A stretch of 64,000 bases of DNA from Sphyrna mokarran (lineage: Eukaryota). Shown here one piece after another: positions 49,746 through 61,705 of the stretch. The position numbers and the translations under genes are program-made. The DNA lies in assembly GCA_024679065.1 (NCBI GenBank), contig JAGIQG010000004.1, positions 107,446,001 to 107,510,000 of the forward strand. The letters run 5' to 3'. The first letter of the stretch is position 1. The number at the start of each line of letters is the position of its first letter. The notes beneath the pieces were generated by a model. That model worked only from the letters and a program-made list of their open reading frames with translations, made no database searches and had not been told where the DNA came from.

Positions 49746-51364
49746 TATATTTGTATGTTAACAGATACGCTGAGATGTTGATGATTCAGGCTGCAGGAAG
49801 CCTGGCCTTGGTAATGGTCATCATCCAGATAAGAAAGAGCGCCTTTTGCAATTTGGCACAGGAACAGGAGGAAGATGGGTCTAAGCAGAAAGAGACAGCG
49901 AGACCTCACAATGGTCAAGGTGCTCGTAAACAGGATCCATGGCAACAGGGAGCATTGGCCCAACCATAAATACATTGCAGGCAATGAATACAGAAATAAA
50001 CAGAAGGCCAAGTGGGATGCACCTTCATTTATTCTGTCATGCGGTTGCCCACATTTGGCAGCTTCTTCAGTATGTGCAAGGACTCTGGAAGAATGTTACA
50101 TAACTCCTGGCCCATATTAAATGAAGGAATGTCCAGTACCATTTATATGTGGCAACAGTACATTCAACTCTCAATAATAATAGAGTGGATGAATTCCTGT
50201 CTGTCCCATCATGAGATTCACCATGCTCCTGACAGATCACAATAAGATCACATGCATTCAACTATCTTCCCAGCCAACAGGAATCATGTTGGCTTTCTTA
50301 GATGCCACTGGACTTAGGCTCCAGAACAGAAGATTCCACTCTACATCTATGATCCTATCTTGTAAAGAGTGAAAATGGAATAGTAAGGAGAAACAGAAAT
50401 ATATCTATATCTGTAAGAAGCAGATCTTCAATGGAGCAGACAAGTAATCCAGACAATCAGGAAGAGAACCAGACATTGAGCTCTAATAATTTAACCCTAC
50501 AAAGTTTGAGAGAAAAAATGAAGAATTTGAATTCTATACATCATCAGAGAGAGTTGAGAACCAGCTCAAGGAGATTAGTGAAACTACCACAGTTGTAAAT
50601 CTGGTATGAAGGCAGAGATTCACAGGCAGATATAAAATAATAATGTATTTAATAGACTCAGCGACTTAGGGGAGAAGTAATGTAAATAGATAGTCTATAT
50701 CGTCAATGATATAGATCACATAACAACAGATTAATCTTTGTGAAATCTCATGTGAAGCCTTATTCTGTATGTAGTTAGAAGAAAGTTGAATAAAAGTTAA
50801 AGTTTACCAATAGCAGTTTCTATCAATCCTGACCAAGGATAACCTAAGCTAAGACTCACAATGATGATAATAATTAAGGTGGTTGCACAATGGATAAGGC
50901 AAACCAAATCCTCAAGCAGAATTCTTTGTTTCACATCTGGATGTAGTGAATACAAAGACAAAGAAGTAATGTTGCACTTGTAGGCCTTAGTTAAAAAGCA
51001 GTGCTGTTTGCCATGTTTTGCGCATCGCACCACTGGGTGCGTATAAAAGCATTAAAAAGTTTTGAAGAGTGATTGAACAAAAAAATAAAGTTTTGTTCAC
51101 TGGAGCAGAGAAAATTAAGAGTTGGCCTGACAGTATCCTTCATGATTATGACAGGTAAAGAGTTATAGATGCTTTTCTTTGGACAATGGATGACAACAGG
51201 CACATATCTGAAATAATAACTGAAAGAATTGAAGGAGAATAGAAACAGGAGAATCTTAATTCTGAAAATGATTAGAATATGAAATTCTCTGTCACAAAAC
51301 ATTGCTGAAGTAAAGGTCACCAATCTTTCCTAAAAAGTAATTAGCTATTTGACTCATGAAAGAA

Positions 51365-52610
51365 GACATTGGCACAGCCTTTTAAACTCGATTATCTATT
51401 TTGAAACTGTAACCTCGAATAATTCTATTTTTCCATTGTTAGGGAATTTAGTGTTGCAGTGTTAAGACAATAAATTAATTACTGGAGTTTTATGGTTTTA
51501 CACACTTTGGGATTTCCTTAACCCTCTATCTAGTTAGGTTTGCTAGTTAGTGAGGAGGCAGAGATTGCTCCTGTTGTTTCTTAAGTCTGTTTTATCCAAT
51601 AATGTTCCGACTCCTCCAAATCATCTATTAAGTGCTCAAGGGCATTTGTACTTGTAATCATGGTGTTAGACTGGTTTAGAACCACGGAAGCATGGCTAAC
51701 ATTTTAATGCTAAATAATTCTAACTGTAAATCACAAATAGCTATGAGTTTAATCTTCTAGCCCCCTCATCCAATTAAGATAACATTCAGTACTTCTGAGT
51801 TGTGGGGTTCGTGATAGATCCTTTTCTTTGCGTCCTTTCTCAGTCCCCTCACTGGTAATGCAAGTCACTGAGCCGTTACCTATTATAGCTATAACATAGA
51901 TAATTCCTCCCACTAATACAATTGGATAGAATAGCTCATTACTCTGTCCTAACCTCTGAGGTGAGGTTCATGAAAAATTAGGTATTGAAACTTAGAAAAA
52001 TGAGTACAAAAACAATGGTAGACTGATCGTAAGTCACCACTGTCAATCCCAAAAATCTGCTAACCCCTCTGGGGTTGAAGGTGAGAAGTCTAAGGAACAG
52101 TTGATGAAGTTAAGATCTTCCAGAATTAAATCCATCCCTACTAGTTTGTTTAGGCTCAACCAATAATGGAAAATTTTTTCTCATTTTTCGAAGGGAAAGT
52201 CAGATAAATGTCAGCCAATAACCTACAACTTGGAATTGTTTTTCTTTAACAAAACATTGTTGTCAAATCTCAATCATCTCTCCTGGATGGTGTATAAGAA
52301 CCAGCATCAACTATGGCAATCGTTTTAGCTCTCCCTATGAGCTTAATAATTTTTCCCTCTTGCTCTAAGGTATGTAATTCTGTTTCCAGAATTAAGTGTG
52401 CATAACTTCCTCCCATTTATTCACACACAAATTATCATTGCCAGTTTCAGCTCTCCAGAATTCACTGGTATGTTTATATCTAATTTTGTCATGACTTCTG
52501 ACATAAAGGTTTCCAAACTTAAAGTTTGAACTCTTTCCCCAGCAGTATTACTTTAGAATCATTATTTTCTTTTTATCAAGTTCATTATTCTTTTCATCAA
52601 GTTCATGATT
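51365..52610 (-). mobile_element. Highly decayed retropepsin-containing (pro/pol) relic of an unassigned LTR element or ERV
   Basis: IKLIGRAKTIAIVDAGS (D at 52308-52306) and LVGMDLI (52138-52130) are about 57 codons apart, matching retropepsin motif spacing. A-rich minus strand. Confidence 0.5.
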
Positions 52611-53021
52611 CAGACCGTTATTCTCAGCAAGGTGTTGTCCTCATTATATCTCAGAATGTGCTTTAGCCTGGTGAATAGCTGGGTCATTTTATTATGTTTC
52701 CTTCTCAGAGTGTGGGTGATGCTGGCAAGATTACACATTTTGGAGATGTGTAACTATTCTGCCTAATGGGCCTTTGAGATTGACTTGGAACACTCATCTC
52801 CACATTTTGGCTTACTGAATCCATCATGTGAAGCTCATTTTGTCTTGCTTCATTTTGGCAAAGTCAAATGAAGTCTTGATTAGACCACAACATAAGCTTG
52901 AGACTGTGAAAGGGCAATGGTTCCCTAAGGCATCAAATTTAAAATTCTCACCATCATCTTAAATCCCTTCATAATCTCACCTCAACTCTATAACCACCAA
53001 ACTAATAATTGTCTCTGCTTT

Positions 53022-53335
53022 GGGGTGGGATAGTGGCACAGTGGTTAACATTGCTGCCTCACAGTGCCAAGACCCAGGTTCAATTCTGGCAATGAGTGAC
53101 AGTGTGTGTAGGGTTTGCACATTCTCCCTGTGTCTGCATGGGTTTTCTCTAGGTCCTCTGGCTTCCTCCCACAGTCCAAAGATGTGTGGGCTAGGTTGAT
53201 TGGCCATTTAAATTTACCCTAGTGTCAGGGGGTTAGCAGGGTAAATTTATAGGATTACAGGATGCCTGGGTGGGATTGTGACTGGTGCAGACTCAATGGG
53301 CCAAATGCCCTCCTCCTGCATTGTAGGGATTCTAT
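53022..53335 (+). mobile_element. HE1-like SINE, tail A
   Basis: Head, V core, GGGATTCTAT end. Confidence 0.9.
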
Positions 53336-53544
53336 ATTTCAAACTTTCTGTCCCTTTGATTTTTGGTCTGAATTAAGCCCTAAAGCTTTTAAATATTAAA
53401 TGCTCACCTAGATTTTTTTTAGCATTGAAGCCAAAACATCATTAAAATTGGTAAATGAAGTGATACTTGCAATGCAACTATTAATCTATTTAAGTTTCAG
53501 CAAGATGGTCAAATCTTTAAATTTCACTCGCTGATCTTGTTCAA

Positions 53545-53850
53545 GAAAGATAAGAAGAACTTGTAGTCTTTGATTACCTCAGGATGTCCTAATGCACTTT
53601 GTAACCAATGAAGTATTTTTGAAGTGTAGTACGAAACTATTATGGTCAAATTTCACACAGCAAGCCCCTCAGGCATCAAACAAATGAATCATTTTGGTTA
53701 TGCCAGTTGGCTGGACACCAGAAGAATTCTCTGCTCTTTGAAGTTTATAGAATTTTTCACATCCACCTGAATAGGCAGCCAGGACATTGATCTTACGTTT
53801 TAATAAAAGGAAGCACCTCTGAACAGACAAGACACCCACACAATTGTGCT
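53545..53850 (-). mobile_element. Deu-type SINE
   Basis: Inverted tail (CCAATGAAGTATTTTTGAAGTGTAGT) and core. Confidence 0.55.
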
Positions 53851-54369
53851 CAATTGAAATCTGAGATGCCGAGGATAGCGGTGAATGGGTGAAGAGGGGG
53901 AGATGGTGATATTAGATTCGGCCATTTGTTTATTGTATCAACAGCTGCCGAAATCTGAGAAAATGGTACAAACACAGTTAGCAAGATTTTATGGCCTCGC
54001 TTGGGTGAGACCGAAAAATCATGCCTGACGATAACGAATATTTTCATTGTCCGACCCTTGCTGCTCCAATTCTGTGGTGGACAGGGCGGTAAATTCCCAT
54101 GATTATCTGCATGAATGATGACTTGTCAACCAAAATTAGCCTGATTTTCTTCATTAAGCAGTTTAGTTTTCTCTTCAATATTTTTATTAGGCAATGCTAT
54201 TGCAGCTTATTAAAATAAGGGAGAAAATTGGAGTTAAGATAAAAATCAGCCATGGTCTAACAATTCTTATTTTTCCATACAGTGTGAATGTTGCTGGCCA
54301 GGCTAGCATTTATTGTCCATCTTAAACTAATAGGCATTACTTTGTTCCTGTGTTCCTTTCTTTATTCAG

Positions 54370-54660
54370 CAAGGGTTGACTTCTGAAGGAATATTGCACC
54401 ATGGCAATATCCAACATGTCTGACATTGATTTATAAGATCCTCTACATGTTGACACACATAATTTGCACATTGGAGGAACAGACATCCTTCCTGCTGAGA
54501 TGATTGAAGAGGTTTTCTGTCAGGCTTCTCTCGCCTGCAATATGGCTGCCTTGAAGTGCACCCTGAAATGTGGGACAAGAAACAACAAATTAAAATTGGA
54601 TGGTCTGAGCTCTCGAGTTCTTTGCTGCAATGTCAAAAGGGATGGATTTGCCAGCTCTCC
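54370..54660 (-). mobile_element. Gypsy integrase zinc-finger fragment
   Basis: QHVEDLINQCQTC (CxxC half of the HHCC finger). Confidence 0.5.
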
Positions 54661-54802
54661 TGTAAAATGTGTCAATAATCTGTTAAATGCATGTTTAAGC
54701 TTCAGCCTGCCTGATACAAAGAATGCTGTCCTAAAAGCAGAATACAGGGAGCTTGGAAGGAAGTTAAGAAATCAGACTTCAAAGGCAGCAATCTTAAAGC
54801 TA

Positions 54803-55091
54803 ATGTTTATTTATTAGGCACAAGTAGGCTATTAACATTGCACTAAAGTTACTGTGCAAATTCCCTCGTCGCCACACTCCAGAGCTTGTTCGGGTACACT
54901 GAGGCAGAATTTAGCATGGCCAACACACCTAATCAGCACATCTTTCAGGCTGTGGGAGAAAAGTAGAGCCCCCCAAGGAAACCCATGCAGACACAGGGAG
55001 AATGTGCAGACTCTACACAGGCAGTGATCTAAAATAGAAATCAAACCTGGATCCCGAGTTCTGTGAGGCAGCAGTACTAACAACTGTGCCA
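54803..55091 (-). mobile_element. HE1-head SINE, tail B, inside CR1 ORF1
   Basis: Inverted head, V core, tail B. ORF1 resumes after it. Confidence 0.9.
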
Positions 55092-55435
55092 ATTATCATG
55101 TCACATGCTGGTCAGAGTAGAAATTACAGGGTTTATCAGTTGAATATGTGGCTGAAAAGATGGTGTCAGAGGAGGGTTTCAAATTCCTGGTGCATCAAGA
55201 CCAATTCTGGGGGAGGTGGGACCAGTCGAATTGCACTGGTTACATCTGGGTAAGACTGGAACTGATGACATTGGGGGAGTGTTTGCTAGAATGGTTGGGG
55301 AGGGGCTAAACTATTTTGTCAGGGGGATGGGAACCTATGTAAGGAGTCAGCGAGGAGGGATTAAGTGCAAAAACAAAAGATAGAAAAGGGAATAAGAAAA
55401 GCGATAGGCAGAGAAACTGAGGACAAAATTTGTTA

Positions 55436-56129
55436 GAGAGAAAAATGTTGGGAGTGAGACAAATAAAAGTCAAGCTTAAAGGTTCTGTACCTTAATGTGA
55501 CAAGCATTTGCAATGAACTATGCACGCACATAAATGGAAACAGATATGATATAATTGGGATTATGAAGACATGGCGACCAGGATGGAAACTGAATGTCCC
55601 AGGGTGTTCAATATTTAGGAAGGACAGGCATAAAGGAAAAGGTGATGGAGCGGCTTTGCTGGTTAAAAAGGATATTAATACAATAGTGAGAAAGGATATT
55701 AGCTCTGACAATATCGAGTTTGTATGAGTCATGCTGAGAAATACAAAGGGGCAAAAAACATTTGTGGGTTTCATATATAGAAAAATATTGTGAGTGAGAC
55801 AAACAATGTTCAAAAGTCAAGCTTAAAGGCTCTGTACCTTAATGTGACAAGCCTTTGCAATGAACGATGCACTCACATAAATGGAAACAGGTATGATATA
55901 ATTGGGATTATGAAGACATTGTGACGAGGATGGAGACTGAATGATTCAGGGTATTCAGTATTTAGGAAAGACAGGCATAAAGGAAATGGAGATGGAGTGG
56001 CATTGCTGGTTAAAGAGGATATTAATACAATAGTGAGAAAGGATATTAGCTCTGACAATATCAAGTCTGTATGTGTCATGCTGAGAAATACAAAGGGGCA
56101 AAAAACATTAGTGGGTGTCATATATAGAC
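55436..56129 (+). repeat. Tandem duplication of about 345 bp of the CR1 APE region
   Basis: Unit from AGAAAAAT.TTG.GAGTGAGACAAA to CATATATAGA occurs twice, with the junction near 55780. Confidence 0.92.
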
Positions 56130-56850
56130 ACCCAAACTGCAGTGGTGATGTTGGGAATGACATTAAATATGAAATTAATGATGCATTTAATAAGGGATAT
56201 TGGTGATCATGGATGATTTTAATCTGCACATAGATTGGGCAAATCAAATTAGTCACAATGTCCTAGAGGAGGAATTCTTGGAGTGTATATGGGATGATTT
56301 CTTGACCAACATGTGGAGGAACCAACTAGAGACCAGGCCTTTTTACTTTGGGTATTGTGTAATGAAAAGGGAATCATTGCAATCCAGTTGTGCAAGATTT
56401 CTTGAAGATGAGCAAACATAATATGATAGAATGTTTTTTCAAGATGGAGAATGAAGTAATTGATTGGGAGACTAGGGTGCTGTATCTTAATCAAGGAAAT
56501 TATGAGGATATAAAGCATGAGCTAGCCTTGACAGATTGGGGAAAGTTACTTAAAGGGATGACAGTAGATAGACAGTGGCAAATATTCAAAGAACACGTGG
56601 GGAAAATTCAGCAACTGCTTATTCTTGTCTGGTACAAAAGCAAAATGAATAAGAGGGTAAATCCATACTATCAAAGAAAATTAGAAACAGTACCAACCCA
56701 AAGAAGAAGCATACAGTTTGGCCAAGAAAAGTAATAAGTCTGAGGATTGGAAGCAGTTTAGAATTCAGCAAGAAGAACCAAAGGATTGGTTAAGAATGGA
56801 AAAATACAGTACAAAAGTAAACTCGTAGGGAACATAAAGACTGACACTAC

Positions 56851-57662
56851 GGACCCTATTTTAATTCTGTGCTGGACGGACTTGAAACTGGGAGTGTTTC
56901 AGATGCAACTTTTAGAGCCGTTCTCAGGCACCTCCATAAGCACTCTGCCCGAAAAAATATCAGCAACGTGTCCAAAGCCCTGCAGCTCCGATTGGCACCT
57001 GCAATCTGGGTAATCTCTACATGTTGACACATAATTGCGCAAATACAGAAAGAAAGATAGGATCCCTATCATCACTACCAGGCCAGATAATGCCTCCCAC
57101 TGGCTCCATACACATTGCCATATCACACCCGCCCCAACATTAATGATCCCTTATCCCCCCCACCCACTCACCACCTAGACCGATTGCATCTCCCCTCCAA
57201 CCTCCACCCCCACTCCATATACACACACACGCACACACACACACTGATTTCAGGCATAGTGACAGCACACCTTCCCTTCTCCCTCACTCATCTCAGGCAG
57301 AGTGGCAGTGGAACCCCCTTCTCCCCACCCCCCTGACTGCCTCCCCACCAAAACCTAGAGAGCTGTCGGATGCAAGGTATTTACATACTCATTAACTGGA
57401 GTGCCTAAATTGGACTTTCGTGGAGCATGTCTGTTTTGCTCCGGTTCTGAATGAGCGAACGTGGTGGTAAAGGGGGTAAGGTAAGGTCGGGCATGCAGCC
57501 CATTGTCAATTTAAATGCATACAAATGTCTGTTTTGGGCATGGTCCCAATCACAACCATTTTTGGGTCTTGGTAAAGGGGGAAACGACATGGAGGCAGGC
57601 GCAGATCACGTTAATCCCCTCATGCCTGAAAATGGGCATAACGCGATGATAAAATTGGGCCC
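56851..57662. mobile_element. Non-autonomous PIF/Harbinger-type element, 812 bp
   Basis: TIRs GGACCCTATTTTA / TAAAATTGGGCCC (11 of 13 match). Flanks TAC and TAA. CR1 is continuous across it. Internal (CA)n at 57220-57244. Confidence 0.75.
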
Positions 57663-57977
57663 TAAGTGTTTATAAGTGTGTGTAAAAAAAGAGGCTGGTG
57701 GAGACAAATGTAGATGAAATACAGATAGAAATGGGAGAATGTGTAATAGTAGACAACGAAATGGCTGAGCAATTGAAACACTGGTTCTGTCTTCACAAAA
57801 GAGGACACAAATTAGATACCTGAAATGTTGGAGAATGCAAGATTTAGTAGAGGGAAGAACTCAGGGAATTCAATATTAGGAGAGAAATGATACTGGGAAA
57901 ATTGATGCGATTGAAGGCGGATAAATCCCCTGGTCTTTATAATTTACATCCCAGAGTACTTAAGGACATATATATTT

Positions 57978-58247
57978 AGGGTGGCACGATGGCACAATGG
58001 TTAGCACTGCTGTCTCACAGTGCCAGGGACTGAGGTTCGATTCCCATCACTATCTGAGATGCACATTCTCCCCATGTCTGTGTGGGTTTCTTTCTGGTGT
58101 TCTAGTTTCCTCCATCCATTGAAAGACATGCTGGTTATTATCATTGATATTATCATTGACTGTGGTGATTAGGGGAACTTCACAGTAACTTCATTGCAGT
58201 ATTAATGTAAGCCTTACTTGTGACTAATAATTAAACTTTAAACTTTA
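57978..58247 (+). mobile_element. HE1-head SINE, tail B, inside CR1 ORF2
   Basis: Head and well-preserved tail B ending AAACTTTAAACTTT. Confidence 0.9.
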
Positions 58248-60029
58248 AGTTGCTCTAGAAATACTGTGTTCATTGGTGGTTATCTTCCAGAATTTTATTG
58301 ACTCTGGAACAATCCTTACAGATTGAAGGATAGCGAATGTCACTCCAGTATTCAAAAAGAGACGTAGAGAGAAAACAGGTAATTATAGGCCAGCAAACTT
58401 AACATTGGCAGTGGGAAAATTCTCAAATCCATCATCAAGGACTTTATAGAGGCGCATTTCGAAAGCAGAGGCAGGATCAGACAGTCAGCATGAATTTATA
58501 AAGGGGAAACCACGCTTGATAAATCTGTCGGAATTCTTTGAAGATATAACTGGTAGAGTTGACAAGGGCAAGCCAGTTGATGTGGCATATTTGGACTTTC
58601 AGAAAGCGTTTGTCAAAGTCCCCCACAAGTGGTTACCATGAAAGATTAAAGCGTGTGAGATTGGGGGAAATGTATTGAGATGGATAAAAAACTGGCTGGC
58701 AGAGAGGAAATAAAGAATAGAAATTGATGGGTCTTTTTCAAATTGGCAGGCAGTGACTATTCAGGTGCCAAGGGATCAGTGCTGGAACCCCAGCTATTCA
58801 CAATATATAAATGATTTGGATGAGGGAACAAAATGTAACATCTCAAAGTTTGCAGATGATATCCAGCTGGGTGGGAGGTGAACTGTGATGAGGATACAGA
58901 GATCCTTTAGAATGACCTGGACAGGTTGGGTGAGGGGGCTGAGAAAGGATGTCCTTGCTTTCAAGGGAGTCCAGCGAAGATTTATCAGGCTGATTCCAAG
59001 GATGGCAGGACTGATGTATGTAGAGAGATTGATTAGGTTAGGATTGTGTTTGCTGGAGTTCAGATGAAAAAGGAAAGGATCTCATGTAGACTTATAAAAT
59101 TCTAACAAGACTCGACAAGGTAGATGCAGGAAGAATGTTCCTGATGGTGGGAGTGTCCAGAGAGAGGGGTCACAGCCTAAGAATACAAAGATGAAAAGAC
59201 TTTACTTCACCCAAAGAATGGTGAACCCGTGGAATTCCCCTTCATAAGTTCATGCTGACTGTCTGATTCTGCATCTGCTTTCTAAATGCGTCGCCATACA
59301 GTCCTTGATAATGGATTTGAGAAGTTTCCCACTACCGATGTTAAGCTTGCTGGCCTCTAATTCCCTGTTTCTTCTCTACCTTTTGAATATTGGACTGACA
59401 TTCGCTTTCCTTCAATGTGTAAGTAGGTGGTGCCAAAACATTGAATGCATTCAAGAGGTGATCAAATATAGCACATAAGGCGAATAGGATCAAAGGTTAT
59501 GGGGAGAATGCAGGATTAGGCAATTGAGTTGGATGATAAGCCATGACCATATGAAAGGTGAAGCAGGTTCAAAGGGCCAAATGACTTCTCCCTGCTGCTA
59601 TCTTCTATGCTTCTATCAGAGAGATCTTTGTAGTTGCCTGAAATAAACCAAATCTGTTAAACACACAGATCACTTTCACAGCTAAAGGACTAACAGTGCA
59701 AGTATCTGATTGCAAGGTCTGATTGCAGAATGACAAGGTCTCCTGAGTGAAGCAGACACTTACAACATTTGTTCTGTATTATATATTCTAAGAAATGGGT
59801 AATATTTTGTGAGATATAATCTCTTTATATGCTTTATGACTTTGTATTCTCTCTTGTTTTCTCCTCCTCCTCCATATTAATTGCATACAGTGCATTTTGA
59901 AAGGGAAGTGGAGGATTGGGGAGTGCTGATGGCGGATGTATGGTTGAATGAAGGCCATATTTGTATGGGCTATGGGAAACAAAACACTTGCCTCCTACAT
60001 GCCTCCTGGCCAAGCATCTGAATACATAC

Positions 60030-61705
60030 TTTGGCTCTGACTTCAGAAAACAGGACACAAATCAGATGCCAGAAATGTTAGAAAATACAAGATTTAGTGA
60101 GGGGGAAGAACTGAGGGAGATCTAAATTAGTAGAGAAATGGTATTGGGAAAGTTGATGAGATTGAAGGCTGATAAATCCCCAGGGCCTGATAATCTATAT
60201 CCCAAAGTACTTAAGGAAGTGGCTCTAGAAATAGTGGATGCATTTGGTAGGCATCTTCCAGAATTCTATAAACTCTGGAACAGTTCTTGCAGATTGAAGG
60301 GTGGCAAATGTCATTCCAATATTCAAAAAGGGAGGTAGAGATAAAACAGGGAATTATAGGCCTGTAGGACTTAATATCATTTGTGGAAAATTCTCAAATC
60401 CATTACTAGGGATTTTATAGCAGAGCACTTAGAAAGCAGTGGCAGGATCAGACAGAGTCAGCAAGGATTTATGAAGCTTCACAAATCTGTTGGAATTCTC
60501 TGAAGATGTAACTAGTAGAGTTGACGGTGGGGAGTCAGTCTGTGCAGTATATTCGGACTTTCAGAAAGCATTTGACAAAATCCCGCACAAGAGATCATCG
60601 TGCAAGATTAAAGCACAGAAAAAAAACAAAATAGAAATTAATGGATGATTTTCAAATTGGCAGGCAGCCACTTTCCCTGGGGGGTGCGGCAGGGATCGGT
60701 GCTGGGATCCCAGCTATTCACAATCTATATTAATGATTTGGATGAGGGAACAAAATGTAACATCTCAAAGTTTGCAGATGATACCAAGTTTGGTGGGAGG
60801 ATGAACTGTGACGAGGATACGGAGTTCCTTCAGAATGATCTGGACGGGTTAGATGAGTGGGCTAATCAATAGCAGATGCAGTATAATTTGAATAAGTATG
60901 AAGTTATTCATTTTGGAAGCAAAAACAAGAAGGCAGATTACTACCTGAATGGCTGTAAATTGGGAGAGGGGAATGTGCAGTGGTACCTGGGTGTCTTGTG
61001 CAACAGGGGCACTGAAGATAAGCACACAGGTGCAGCAGGATGGAAAAAAGGCAAATGGCATGTTGGCCTTCATTGCAAGATGTTTCGAGCACAGGAGCAG
61101 GGATGTGTTGTTGCAACTGTACAGGACCTTGGTGATGCCACATCTAGAATATTTTGTGCACTTCTGGTCTGTTTTCTGAGGAAGGATGTTCTTGCTCTCG
61201 AGGGAGTGCAGCGAAGGTTTACCAGGCTGATTCCGGGCGTGGTGGGACTGATGGATGTGGAGAGATAGAATAAGGACTGATTATATTGGGATTCACACAA
61301 GTGAGGGTGAGGGGAATCACATAGATACTTAGAAAATTCTAATAGGTCTAGACAGGATAGATGCAAGGAGGATATTCCAGATGGTTGGGAAGTCCAGAAC
61401 CTGGGGTCACGGTCAGAGGATTCAGGGTCGACCACTGAGGACAGAGGTGAGGACTTCTTCCAACTTCTTTACCAGTGGAGTGGTAAGCCTGTAGAATTCA
61501 TTACCACAGGAAGTAGTTGATGCCAAAACGTTGAATGTATTCAAGAAGTGAGTAGGTGTAGCACCTGGGGCAACTGTGGATTATGGGGGGAAAGCAGGAT
61601 TAGGCTATTGAATTGTATAATCAGCCATGATTGTAATGAATGGTGGTGCAGGCTCGAAGGGCCAAATGGTCTCCTCTTGCTCTGATCTTCTATATTTCTA
61701 TGTTT
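60030..61705 (+). mobile_element. Second 5'-truncated CR1 of the same subfamily
   Basis: KSPGPDNLYPKVLKE, GVRQGSVLGSQLFTIYINDLD, KFADDTK, LYRTLV.PHLEY; tail TTCTATATTTCTATG. Confidence 0.95.

Larger units (their letters stand above)
46720..50875 (+). mobile_element. Decayed Gypsy element: 5' LTR, gag start, pol end, PPT, 3' LTR, with nested insertions
   Basis: gag ATG at 47013 (MEKTLP..DQAEKWQNW..RFTRYR..FDKNFNWGRNTIREKAKF across frameshifts). pol end SYLVKSENGIVRRNR and RTSSRRLVK at 50350-50600. PPT TTAGGGGAGA near 50666. Both LTR candidates share TGTGAAGCCTTAT, AATA.AAGTTAAA and AAGCTAAG. Confidence 0.65.
54715..59615 (+). mobile_element. Near-full-length CR1 LINE (ORF1 SGNH/esterase part, ORF2 APE and RT, 3'UTR), decayed
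   Basis: ORF1: VLKAEYRELGRKLR and NMWLKRWC. APE: YDIIGIMKTW, FRKDR..GDG.ALLVK, VGVIYR.PN, MDDFN. RT: YLDFQKAF, FTIYINDLD, KFADD. Nested SINEs and a TIR element. Confidence 0.93.

Noticed and set aside
51845-51945. Minus-strand FYPIVLVGGIIYVIAIIGNGSV resembling GPCR TM1
   Set aside because: No TM2-TM7 motifs follow, and it lies inside the retropepsin relic.
52040-52320. Faint resemblances to rhabdovirus L and foamy virus Env
   Set aside because: Motif spacing does not fit. The retropepsin reading explains two motifs at the correct distance.
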